From contig DAOTTW010000226.1 in assembly GCA_034437615.1 (NCBI GenBank), positions 1-30,259 of the forward strand: DNA of 30,259 nt, written 5' to 3'. The stretch's first letter is position 1, and each line of letters opens with the position of its first letter. Below the pieces are notes generated by a model. It had not been told where the DNA came from and did no database searches. It saw only the letters and a program-made list of their open reading frames with translations. The position numbers and the translations under genes were made by a program. Origin of the DNA: Anaerolineae bacterium. Its GTDB lineage: Bacteria > Chloroflexota > Anaerolineae > Aggregatilineales > Phototrophicaceae. Shown piece after piece: positions 15,865 to 23,967 of the stretch.

Positions 15865-17517
15865 CTAGCGGTTCAGTTCCACATTCCACAGCGCAGCCGT
15901 ATAGGTGCCGCCGCCGCCGGGTTCAAAGCCTTCGATCCAGGGCTTCTGCAACCAGGAAACCTTGCTGTATGCGGACGGAATCACAACGGCGTCTTCCATG
16001 ATGATGTTGTGCGCCTGCTGATACAGGTCCTCGCGGGTCGCGGGGTCCAGTTCTGCACGCGCCTGATCCAGCAATTCGTTGACCGCTGCATTGTCATAGC
16101 GCATGGAGCCTTCACCCTGATAGATCAGGTAGTCGAACACGTCGGACGGGTCCACGAGGCCAGCGGCCCAGCCATTCTGGAAGATCATGGCGTCGTCCTC
16201 CACGATGCTATCCCAGTAGGTGCTGCCGTCTTCGATGATGAATTCGACCTCCATGCCGAGTTCGGTCAGCGCCTCCTGCCATACCACAACCTGCGCCTCA
16301 TCAGAGATGACCTCTAGCAAGTGAATCTCCATCACGGGCAAGCCTTCGCCATTCGGGAAGCCCGCTTCTTGCAGCAGTTCGGCGGCGCGTTCCAGGTCAT
16401 AGTTATAGATGACTGACGGCTCACTGGCTGGCATCGACGGCGGCAAGAAGCCCTGATCTGCTGGGAAGCGTGCGCCCTCTTCAAAGATGTCCCAGGCCGT
16501 TGAACGGTCGAGCGAGTGTGCTAGCGCCTGACGCACCAGCGGATTTTCGGCCAGGAAGCCCGTTTCCATGTTGAAGCCCCAGTAGCGCTGGTGCAGACCG
16601 GGCTTCTCGTTGAATTCCGCGCTGAATTCGTCGATGATGGCGGCACGCTGGCCCGATGGGAAGGCGAACAGGAAGTCAACGTTGTCTTCGCGGTAGTCCA
16701 GCAGTACGGTCTGTGCATCGCCGTAGTTGGTGAAGCGGATGCCATCGTTACGCGGCAGCCCTTCGATGTAGTAATCGGGGTTGGCTTCCAGGATCACGCG
16801 ATCCTCACGCAGCCATTCCACGAATTGATAGGGGCCTGTGCCAACGGGCGTATCGTTGAAGTCGTCGCCCAATTCCGTGTAAGCCTCTGGTGAGGTGATC
16901 GACACCATGCCGTTAATCAGGAACAGGCGGTTGGGAGCTTCCAGCGTGATCTGGAAGGTGGATTCATCCAGCACTTGCAAGCCGGGGATGTCCATATCAT
17001 CCAGCACCAGCGGCACCTCTTCAGCGCCTTCGTCAATCATGGCTTGCAGCGCTGCGGTGTATTCAGTCGCGCCTGCGATGGCCTGGAAGTTCGGGTTGCC
17101 GGATTGCAGCGAAATATCCTGGTCCGGGTGCAGCGCTACCTTGTAGTTCCACAGGATGTCACTGGCCGTGACTGCGCGGCTTTCCAGGTCTACATCTGCG
17201 ATGTCATGGAACAGCACGCCCTCACGGATGTTGAAGGTGAATACCTGCTGGCCGTCTGCGTTGGTGCTGACTTCCCAGCTTTCGGCAATGGCCGGGTCGA
17301 TGTCGCCCGTCACGCTGTTGTAGCGGGTCAGGCCCTCATAAATATTGCGGTTGACCGTACCAATGGAGATGGTATCCGCGATGAAGGGGTTCAGGTGCTC
17401 CGGGTCTACGGTGATCGGGTACTGGATGATGTCGGCATCATCCTGCGCACTGGCAGCGAATACCATGCTGACCAGCAACGCGAACATAGCAAAGAGGCTA
17501 AGTGTACGACGGTGCAT
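15865..17517 (-). CDS. ABC transporter substrate-binding protein, family 5 (peptide/nickel-binding)
   Basis: Signal peptide MHRRTLSLFAMFALLVSMVFAASAQ. 550 aa. Family-5 SBP features (GTGPYQFVEW, PGLHQRYWGFNM). First gene of the SBP-permease-permease operon. Confidence 0.9.
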   Translation of the reverse strand: MHRRTLSLFAMFALLVSMVFAASAQDDADIIQYPITVDPEHLNPFIADTISIGTVNRNIYEGLTRYNSVTGDIDPAIAESWEVSTNADGQQVFTFNIREGVLFHDIADVDLESRAVTASDILWNYKVALHPDQDISLQSGNPNFQAIAGATEYTAALQAMIDEGAEEVPLVLDDMDIPGLQVLDESTFQITLEAPNRLFLINGMVSITSPEAYTELGDDFNDTPVGTGPYQFVEWLREDRVILEANPDYYIEGLPRNDGIRFTNYGDAQTVLLDYREDNVDFLFAFPSGQRAAIIDEFSAEFNEKPGLHQRYWGFNMETGFLAENPLVRQALAHSLDRSTAWDIFEEGARFPADQGFLPPSMPASEPSVIYNYDLERAAELLQEAGFPNGEGLPVMEIHLLEVISDEAQVVVWQEALTELGMEVEFIIEDGSTYWDSIVEDDAMIFQNGWAAGLVDPSDVFDYLIYQGEGSMRYDNAAVNELLDQARAELDPATREDLYQQAHNIIMEDAVVIPSAYSKVSWLQKPWIEGFEPGGGGTYTAALWNVELNR

Positions 17518-17699
17518 AAAAAGGCTCCTATCTTATACCATACAAGGGACATTTCATTAAAACTTACTGCGCATCAATTATACACATTTTAAGGCTGATG
17601 CCACCTGCAAGCCGCAAAAGCACAGGCTGATTTTTTTGTGCAACCCTCACAGGACGAGCGTGCTACACTATATTCAGCAAATCTCACAGGAGTTTTTCT

Positions 17700-18245
17700 A
17701 TGCAAGTACAGACGCGCAGCACCCACGCTGAATTTGAAGCCTTCATCCGGCAAGAACCCGATGGCGAGAAGCGCTTCGAACTCATCAACGGGGAGATTGT
17801 CGAAAAAATGGTGACACAAGAACACGGCTACATCGCTGGCTTGCTGATTACAGCCCTTAACGTTTATCTTGGCCAAAATCAAATTGGCCGTGCCTTTGTG
17901 GAAGCACGCTACAAGCTACCACAAGACGATGCCAACTCCCGCATCCCTGATCTGTCCTACGTTACACTGGATAAGCCGCTAATCAGGCATGGGGCAGCGC
18001 CGTACATGCCTGATCTGGCCATCGAAATTCAATCGCCGGATGACAGACCGAAGGAACTGCGCGAGAAAGCACGTTACTATCTGGCCAACGGCAGCAAGCT
18101 GGTCTGGCTCATCTATCCAGAATTGCAGCTTATCGAGACCTACAGCGCCACCGATGAGCAAATCCTGACTGCAAAAGATACACTGGATGGTGGCGACATG
18201 CTGCCCGGTTTCGCAATCGTTATAGCTGACCTGCTGACAGAGTAG
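17700..18245 (+). CDS. Uma2-family (DUF820) PD-(D/E)XK-like endonuclease
   Basis: 181 aa. Uma2 hallmarks: FELINGEIVEKM, IPDLSYV, PDLAIEIQSPDD, KLVWLIYPE. The family is abundant in cyanobacteria, Chloroflexi and Deinococcus. RBS AGGAG. Confidence 0.85.
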   Translation: MQVQTRSTHAEFEAFIRQEPDGEKRFELINGEIVEKMVTQEHGYIAGLLITALNVYLGQNQIGRAFVEARYKLPQDDANSRIPDLSYVTLDKPLIRHGAAPYMPDLAIEIQSPDDRPKELREKARYYLANGSKLVWLIYPELQLIETYSATDEQILTAKDTLDGGDMLPGFAIVIADLLTE

Positions 18246-18269
18246 GCCGATAACCATAGAGGAGCTACA

Positions 18270-18998
18270 ATGCCAAAACTGACAGATCATGTTTACGGTG
18301 TGCTGACCTTCGGCGCATCGGTCAACGGCTACATCATCGAAAACCCGCAGGACGATGGCAGGCTGACGCTGGTGGATTTTGGCGCTGGCGACGGTTTCCT
18401 GAAGGCGATCAAGGCAGAATTGGCCAAGATGCAAAAGAAAAAAACGCTGGCGGATGTCGCCTACCTCATCCCCACCCACGCGCACCCCGACCACTACGGC
18501 GCACTAGCCGCCGTGCAGAGAGAATGTGACGCCACCACCATTGCGCACAGCGTAGATGCCCCTGTGATACGCGGTGAGCATCCCGTGCGCTACGCCGACC
18601 CCGAAACGCTGGACTTCGTAAATAAGCTGATTGGTCGCATTATGCTACCGTCAGCGCCACCTGCTGCGCGTGTAGATCGCACGGTTGAAGGCGGTGAAGT
18701 GCTGGATGAGGTCTACCCCGGTGCACAGGTCGTGCATTTACCGGGCCACAGCCCCGGTCAGATTGGGCTATACCTGCCGGATGAACGCACGCTCATCGGC
18801 GGCGATGTGATGTCACGTTTGCCCTGGGGCCTCTACGTGCCAATTAAGGCGGCATCACCGGATTGGGCAGGCGTCAAGCGCTCGATTAAGCGCGTGGCCG
18901 AGATGGACGTGGCGAATATGCTGGTGGGGCACGGTCCGCCGACCATCGGCAACGCCGGAGCGCAGATCGCCAAATTTGCGCAACGCCTGACGATCTAA
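18270..18998 (+). CDS. MBL-fold metallo-hydrolase
   Basis: HxHxDH motif (THAHPDHYGA), a downstream His (HLPGHSPGQ), and GDV / HG metal-ligand positions. RBS GAGGAG. Lies 24 nt after Uma2. Confidence 0.85.
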   Translation: MPKLTDHVYGVLTFGASVNGYIIENPQDDGRLTLVDFGAGDGFLKAIKAELAKMQKKKTLADVAYLIPTHAHPDHYGALAAVQRECDATTIAHSVDAPVIRGEHPVRYADPETLDFVNKLIGRIMLPSAPPAARVDRTVEGGEVLDEVYPGAQVVHLPGHSPGQIGLYLPDERTLIGGDVMSRLPWGLYVPIKAASPDWAGVKRSIKRVAEMDVANMLVGHGPPTIGNAGAQIAKFAQRLTI

Positions 18999-19163
18999 TG
19001 GATAGACGAAAGCCTCTCGGCCTTCCCATCAGAACCAGACATTTTACCCACTGATAAGTAACCTGATAAGTTCGCTATCTGCCCACGCTGCATATCGCAC
19101 ATATCACCCTGCTTTATCCCAAGAACCACAACAGGTCGCCCCCCCACCTGCCCTACCGGGGTA

Positions 19164-19182
19164 TGCTAGCACTGTGCTAGCA
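19164..19182. promoter_or_regulatory. 19-bp near-perfect palindrome TGCTAGCAC(T)GTGCTAGCA, candidate operator
   Basis: Its reverse complement differs at one central base. About 170 nt upstream of the 19352 start, in a 350-bp non-coding gap. Confidence 0.25.
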
Positions 19183-19200
19183 GCACAAACGGCATGGCAA

Positions 19201-19220
19201 GGGCGCGATGCATTGCGCCC
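19201..19220 (+). repeat. REP-like hairpin GGGCGC-gatgcatt-GCGCCC (paralog of 8190-8215)
   Basis: Same GGGCGC...TGCATT...GCGCCC core and a CAAGG/CAGGG 5' flank as the rpsP-downstream hairpin. Confidence 0.4.
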
Positions 19221-19298
19221 AGCGTTAGCGGCGCATACGCGCATTTTGCCCAGACTCATCTAAGCGCGTTATACTATTTGCAAGGATTTGATCGTGAC

Positions 19299-19323
19299 CT
19301 GCCCTGGTCATGCAATCAGGGCA
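19299..19323 (+). promoter_or_regulatory. 5'-UTR stem-loop CTGCCCTG-gtcatgcaat-CAGGGCAG preceding the RBS of the 19352 gene
   Basis: Perfect 8-bp stem. The ORF-track ATG at 19310 lies in its loop. A strong RBS GAAAGGA (19334-19340) serves ATG 19352. Confidence 0.4.
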
Positions 19324-19351
19324 GCCACCAAGAAGAAAGGACGTTTTTATT

Positions 19352-21535
19352 ATGCTACAACCAATGCAAAGACACTTATGGGGTTGGGGCAGGGGTATCA
19401 CCCTGCTGACGCTGACGCTGCTGGCAGCGCTGGCCTTGCTGCCGACCTTCGGGCAGAGCGGGCCGGTTTTCCGCATCGGGGTGATTGACGAGGCAGGCGG
19501 CGACCTGCTGCAAGGGGCACAGCTTGCCGTGCAGCGCATCAACGAGGCGGGCGGTGTGCGGGGTGCTGATGGCACCCTGTTTCGCCTGGAAATCATCCAG
19601 CAAGCCGACGCCGACATCAGCGCAGCCGTGGACGCACTTGACGAGGCCAGCGTGATTGCTGTCGTCGGTCCGCAGAGTGCTAGCGATGTGCTGTCGAACC
19701 TGACTGCTTTGCAGAGCTTGGGCGTGCCGATACTGACCCCGGCATTGGATGACACCTTGCTGGCTGTCGATACCAGTGAACGCATTGTGCGCATCCGTGC
19801 GCAGGAAGTGTTGCAGGGGCGTGCATTGGCCAATTACGTCGTCAATGACCTGGGTGCGCGTGATGTAGCAACCATTCAGTTGGATGTCGAAAGCACCGCT
19901 GGGGTGGTTGGCTTCACGACTGCGCTGGCCTCACAGGGCGTTAATCCCTCGGATAGCTTCCTGCTGAGCAGCGATGCCTCGCTGACCAGTCTGATTCAGG
20001 ATGCCGTCGCAGCAAACCCGGATTTCATCGCCATCTACGGCCCGCCTACTACATCCGCGACGACCTACCTGGGTTTGCGTGCCGCTAATTACACAGGGGA
20101 TATTTACTATCGCGATGCGGGTACGTCCGCCTTTCGGGATGAACTTCCAGACGAGCAACTACCGGGCGTCTACAGCAGCACCACCTGGTCGTATGCCGCC
20201 AGTGATGCCAGCAGTCAAGCGTTTGTGCTGGCTTACACAGCGGCCTTCGGTGAAGTTCCTGGCCCAGTGTCAGCCGCCAGTTATGATGCGGTCAATCTGT
20301 TGGCGACGGCCATCGGTGCCCCCGGCGACCTACTCAGCAACTTGCTAAACATCAACGATTACAACGGCGTACAGGGCACGCTCGACCCGGCAGCGCTGAC
20401 CGATGGCGAGACCAGCACCAATGTCACGATTACGCGCCTGGGCACATTTGGCGCACCGCAGCCCGTCGCCCGTTACCTGGGGTCGGTGCAGATTGACATT
20501 GATGATAGTGATAGTGGCACAGGCGTCATCAGCCCAGGGCCAGCCCTGCCAACAATCGCGCCGCCCGCCACCGCAACGCCAGATGGTGTCTTCCTGACCG
20601 TGACACGCCAAATTCAGAATGTGCGCACCGGTCCGGGGCTGGTCTATGATGTACTCGGCCAATTGCGAGAGGGCGATCAGGTGCGCGTCGTGGGTGCAAA
20701 CGTCGATTTCACATGGTATGCGATTGAGTTTCGTGGGCAAACGGCGTGGCTGTCCCCCGGTGAAGTGGACATCTTTGGGGATCGCTCGTCTATTCCGCTG
20801 CTGGCGGCCCCACCGACGCCCACACCACCGCCCGCAACGCCAACACCGACGCCGCAACCGTTGCCGGACATTATCATCACCAGCGCCTCACCGAACCGCA
20901 TCACCATCGGCCAGCCCTTCTCGGTGGTTGTGAACGTGCTGAACCAGGGCGGCGCAAACGCTGGCCCCTTCGCCGTCGCAACGAACTTACAACCGGGTAG
21001 TGTCTTCTCGTCGTTCACGTTCAATAATGGGCTAGCTGCGGGTCAATCCGCCAGCGTCACCCTGAACGGTACGCTGAACGGCGCAACAGGACCGCAAAAC
21101 GTCGTGATCGTTGCAGACCTCAATCGGCAGGTCGAAGAAGGGCCACAAGGTGAGGCCAATACCGAGAGCTTCGTGTATACCTACGTAGCGGATCGCGCCA
21201 TTCAGACGCCGGGTGGCCTGGCGCAACTGATTGTGCAACCCGGTAGCGCCGTAACGTTGGATGCTGGCAACGCAGACATCAACTGGACAGGGCAGGAACT
21301 CGTCGCGCAGAATAACGCACGCATCAACCTGATTAACAACATCAGCAGCGTATCGAATGTCCACTATGACGCCATCGACGCCAGCCTGAACGCCTCACCT
21401 ATCCCGGTTTCGTTGTTGCCTGCGGGTCGTCTCGTCGGCTTCGTGACGGATCAGGGTCAGCGGGGTGTGCTGCGCATTGATAATGTGCTCAGTGGCGGCA
21501 ACCTGACGATCTCGTATCGGGTGTACGCGCCATAA
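19352..21535 (+). CDS. Large secreted multidomain protein: type-1 periplasmic binding (LivJ/K-like) domain + SH3b domain + Pro/Thr linker + CARDB-like and beta-rich C-terminal domains
   Basis: Signal peptide MLQPMQRHLWGWGRGITLLTLTLLAALALLPTFGQSG. FRIGVIDEAGGDLLQGAQLAVQRINEAGGVRG...VVGPQSASD matches the Leu/Ile/Val-binding-protein fold. SH3b-like VRTGPGLVYDVLGQLREGDQVRVVGANVDFTWYAIEFRGQTAWL. Linker PPTPTPPPATPTPTPQP. CARDB-like ITSASPNRITIGQPFSVVVNVLNQGGANAGPFAV. Start moved from 19310 to 19352 on RBS grounds. Confidence 0.75.
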   Translation: MLQPMQRHLWGWGRGITLLTLTLLAALALLPTFGQSGPVFRIGVIDEAGGDLLQGAQLAVQRINEAGGVRGADGTLFRLEIIQQADADISAAVDALDEASVIAVVGPQSASDVLSNLTALQSLGVPILTPALDDTLLAVDTSERIVRIRAQEVLQGRALANYVVNDLGARDVATIQLDVESTAGVVGFTTALASQGVNPSDSFLLSSDASLTSLIQDAVAANPDFIAIYGPPTTSATTYLGLRAANYTGDIYYRDAGTSAFRDELPDEQLPGVYSSTTWSYAASDASSQAFVLAYTAAFGEVPGPVSAASYDAVNLLATAIGAPGDLLSNLLNINDYNGVQGTLDPAALTDGETSTNVTITRLGTFGAPQPVARYLGSVQIDIDDSDSGTGVISPGPALPTIAPPATATPDGVFLTVTRQIQNVRTGPGLVYDVLGQLREGDQVRVVGANVDFTWYAIEFRGQTAWLSPGEVDIFGDRSSIPLLAAPPTPTPPPATPTPTPQPLPDIIITSASPNRITIGQPFSVVVNVLNQGGANAGPFAVATNLQPGSVFSSFTFNNGLAAGQSASVTLNGTLNGATGPQNVVIVADLNRQVEEGPQGEANTESFVYTYVADRAIQTPGGLAQLIVQPGSAVTLDAGNADINWTGQELVAQNNARINLINNISSVSNVHYDAIDASLNASPIPVSLLPAGRLVGFVTDQGQRGVLRIDNVLSGGNLTISYRVYAP

Positions 21536-21605
21536 ATTCACAGGGCCATAGCCGCGAGGCGGTGTCTTTTCAGGGGTAGGTCTTTGATGATTGGCCGTAT
21601 TTTAT

Positions 21606-21690
21606 GGCGGCTGACGCCGCCCCGGACACCCAATTGGGTGTCCTTACGGTTCACAGCGGTTTTGTAGGGACGTGCAATGGCACGTCCGCC
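21606..21690 (+). repeat. Family-1 REP/BIME-like composite intergenic element, copy D
   Basis: Leader GGCGGCTGACGCCGCCCCGGAC. Hairpin GGACACCC-aatt-GGGTGTCC (21624-21643) followed by TTAC. Second hairpin GTAGGGACGTGC-aatg-GCACGTCC-GCC (21664-21690). Stem cores differ from copies A and B but remain perfectly paired. Lies between a convergent + gene and the GT2 gene. Confidence 0.6.
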
Positions 21691-21757
21691 GAAATATCTG
21701 CACCTGAGAAGGGCTGGAGTGGGGTCATTTTTTGCGCCGGCAGAGCCGTCTAATTGC

Positions 21758-22783
21758 TTAACCTGATGTACTCGGGTCGTGACCCTCCCCTATGTTGATA
21801 TTGGCCGCTGCTATGTCTTGTTTCATTGGGCGCGGATGCTGCTTCAGCACGTAGAGGGGCCGCCCCTTGACCTGCTCGAAGATCATGCCGACGTACTGCG
21901 CTAGCACACCCAACGAGGTCAACTGCACGCCCCCGACCACCAGCAACACCACGATTACAGAGGTCCACCCCGGCACAGGATCACCGAAAAGCGCCACGAG
22001 CAGGATATAAACCAGATACAGCCCTGCCAGCGCGGTTAAGGCCAGCCCTAGCCATGTAATCAGCGTCAACGGAATCGTGGAGAACGAGAACAGGCCATCA
22101 CGGGCGAGGCGTAGGCTTTTCATCCAGGTGTAGGTCGGCCTGCCTGCAAAACGTTCGGGTTGGTCATAGGGCACGACGGCATAGGTGAAGCCTAACCAGG
22201 GCACCATGCCGCGTAAGTAGCGATGCGTCTCGCGCATCTGACGCAGAGCCAGCACGACTTCACGTGTCATCAAACGGAAATCCGCCGCGCCGGGTAACAC
22301 CGTGATGTTGCTCATGCGCCGCAGCAGCCAGTAAAAGCCATCGGCTGTCAGGCGCTTGGCAGCACCCAGGTCGTCGCTATCGCGGCGCAACGCATACACT
22401 ATATCCGCGCCTTTTTCATGGGCTGCCAGCAATTCAGGGATGACGGCGGGCGGGTGCTGCAAATCGCTATCCATGACAACCACCAGCGCACCCTCGGCAT
22501 GGTCCAGCCCTGCCGTTAGTGCGATCTGATGGCCGAAATTACGCGCCAGAGCCAGCACCGTCACGCGCTCGTCGCCTGCTGCAATCTCGTTCAGGATGCG
22601 CAGGGTATCATCGCCGCTGCCATCGTCCACGAACACCAGGTCATAGCGGATTTGCAACTGCTGCAATTGCGTGCTGAGGGCGTTGTAAAAGGCGTGTGCG
22701 CCGTCCTGCTCATTGTAGAACGGCGCGACAACGCTTAACTGTGTGATCGTGGCGTCTTGCGGGGACATGCGGCTATTGGTCAT
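21758..22783 (-). CDS. GT2-family glycosyltransferase, polyprenyl-phosphate sugar transferase type (DPM1/ArnC/GtrB-like) with C-terminal TM helices
   Basis: N-terminal LSVVAPFYNEQ, DxD (VFVDDGSGDDT), ALARNFGHQ, VVMDSDLQHPP motifs. Two C-terminal TM helices. The start codon overlaps the stop of the upstream phytase gene by 11 nt. An alternative internal start at 22768 would remove the overlap. Confidence 0.85.
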   Translation of the reverse strand: MTNSRMSPQDATITQLSVVAPFYNEQDGAHAFYNALSTQLQQLQIRYDLVFVDDGSGDDTLRILNEIAAGDERVTVLALARNFGHQIALTAGLDHAEGALVVVMDSDLQHPPAVIPELLAAHEKGADIVYALRRDSDDLGAAKRLTADGFYWLLRRMSNITVLPGAADFRLMTREVVLALRQMRETHRYLRGMVPWLGFTYAVVPYDQPERFAGRPTYTWMKSLRLARDGLFSFSTIPLTLITWLGLALTALAGLYLVYILLVALFGDPVPGWTSVIVVLLVVGGVQLTSLGVLAQYVGMIFEQVKGRPLYVLKQHPRPMKQDIAAANINIGEGHDPSTSG

Positions 22784-23837
22784 TAAGGGCGAAGCGCGTC
22801 TCGATGTTCAGGTTCAGCGCATCTGCGACGGCTTGCCAGGGCACCAGCTTGAAGTTCGCATTGTCCGTCGGGTCTTCGTTCAGCGCGTCCGATGTGACGA
22901 ACAGACCGCGCCCAAAGGGGCCAGCAAGCGCCTGATTGGTGACGGCGATGCCCGCAGGCATATTGACTGCATCCGTGCCGCCCGCGCCGACGACACCAAA
23001 TTCACCGAGAAACGTGTGATTGGTGCCGCGCTCATACACCAGGAAGCTGTCGTTGCTCACGTTGGATGCAATCAAATAGCCTTCGCTGGGTCCGGCGTAG
23101 TAAATCGTCATGCCTGCGACCTGCTCCGAGATGCCGCCACCGACAATATCCACCACGTTGCGCTCTGTGCCGCTGTTGGGCGCAGCCCCGTACTTCCAGA
23201 TGGCCACCGACGACTCGGCAACATACAGATCACCGAGCAGGTCATCCGCTACGCAAGCTTTCAGCGCAGAGCCGACCCTGAGTTCACGCACCAGCCGCGC
23301 TTGCACATCCCCTGATGAAAGGTCCAGCAGATATTGCTCCAGGTTGCCATTTGTGCCCAGGACAACCGCATAGGTCTCGTTGCTGCTCTGGCGGTCTTGA
23401 TACAAGCACAGGCCGCCGGAGGGCACCCCTGTCGTGATGCTGGCCAGGGGCGTCAGGTCGCCCGCCGCATCCAGCGTCAGCAAGCCGACCTCGCTGCTGG
23501 CTTCGATGCCGACCAGCACCAGCGTAGCAGCCTGACCGCCGATGTTGACGTTGGTGCGCAGGTCGATGTCGCTCACTGCGCCGAAATCCGTGACACTCTG
23601 TTGTCGTTCGCCCTGCAAATCATAGACGACGATGCCCCCCTCGCCCTCTGCGGCCAGCACACGGCTGGCGCTGGCGTCATCCGGGTTCACCCAGACCGTC
23701 GGCGCGTGGGCGGCATCACGGCTGCTCGCTTGCGTTTCGGCTTCCGCGAGGATTTCCGGGTAATTTTGCGCCAGCGTCAGCAGGGCACTCAGGGCTGTGA
23801 TGGCCAACGCCAGCACGATGCGTGTGATACGCCTCAT
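22773..23837 (-). CDS. Beta-propeller phytase (3-phytase, PhyC-like), secreted
   Basis: Signal peptide [24 protein letters not shown]. Long colinear similarity to Bacillus PhyC. [32 protein letters not shown] resembles [47 protein letters not shown] resembles [31 protein letters not shown] resembles [32 protein letters not shown] resembles NFKMVPWERIADKI. Confidence 0.8.
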   Translation of the reverse strand: [354 protein letters not shown]

Positions 23838-23883
23838 GTCAATTCACTCCATAGCATTCTCGTGACTTTCGATCATGAGACCA

Positions 23884-23889
23884 TTATAG
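23884..23889 (-). promoter_or_regulatory. Candidate -10 box (TATAAT on minus strand) for the phytase-GT2 operon, within motif GCGCTATAATGGTC
   Basis: The minus strand reads CAGGCGCTATAATGGTCTCATG, about 47 nt upstream of the phytase ATG. The same 14-mer GCGCTATAATGGTC occurs on the plus strand at 25591-25604, ahead of the 25648 gene. Confidence 0.35.
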
Positions 23890-23907
23890 CGCCTGTGCGT
23901 GTGCATC

Positions 23908-23928
23908 ACCCCCTCTAAAGTTGGGGGT
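23908..23928 (-). terminator. GC hairpin (ACCCCC-...-GGGGGT) between the rho stop and the phytase promoter
   Basis: CACCCCCTCTAAAGTTGGGGGTAT, a 5-6 bp G/C stem about 40 nt after the rho stop on the minus strand. No U-tract. Confidence 0.3.
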
Positions 23929-23967
23929 ATTGTCGCCTTACAAAGACAAGCCTGTACAAAGACGGAC

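Noticed and set aside
15531-16317. ORFs 15531-15851(-) and 15775-16317(+) in and around the SBP-permease spacer
   Set aside because: They are translations of the CCCTC/GAGGG-rich inverted repeat and of the antisense of the SBP gene. Pro/Arg/Gly-rich with no start context. The region is better explained as a structured non-coding spacer.
16975-17592. 205-aa plus-strand ORF antisense to the SBP gene
   Set aside because: Shadow ORF antisense to a clear family-5 SBP with signal peptide.
19225-19833. 202-aa minus-strand ORF and small plus ORFs (19194-19409, 19288-19488) around the start of the large secreted protein
   Set aside because: They overlap the leader and 5' end of a gene whose frame has signal peptide and domain support. 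Ser/Ala/Cys-rich composition. Spurious.
20345-21364. Minus-strand ORFs 20345-20857, 20677-21024, 21032-21364 inside the large secreted protein gene
   Set aside because: Antisense Arg/Trp/Gly-rich shadow ORFs. The sense frame has PBP, SH3b and CARDB domain signatures.
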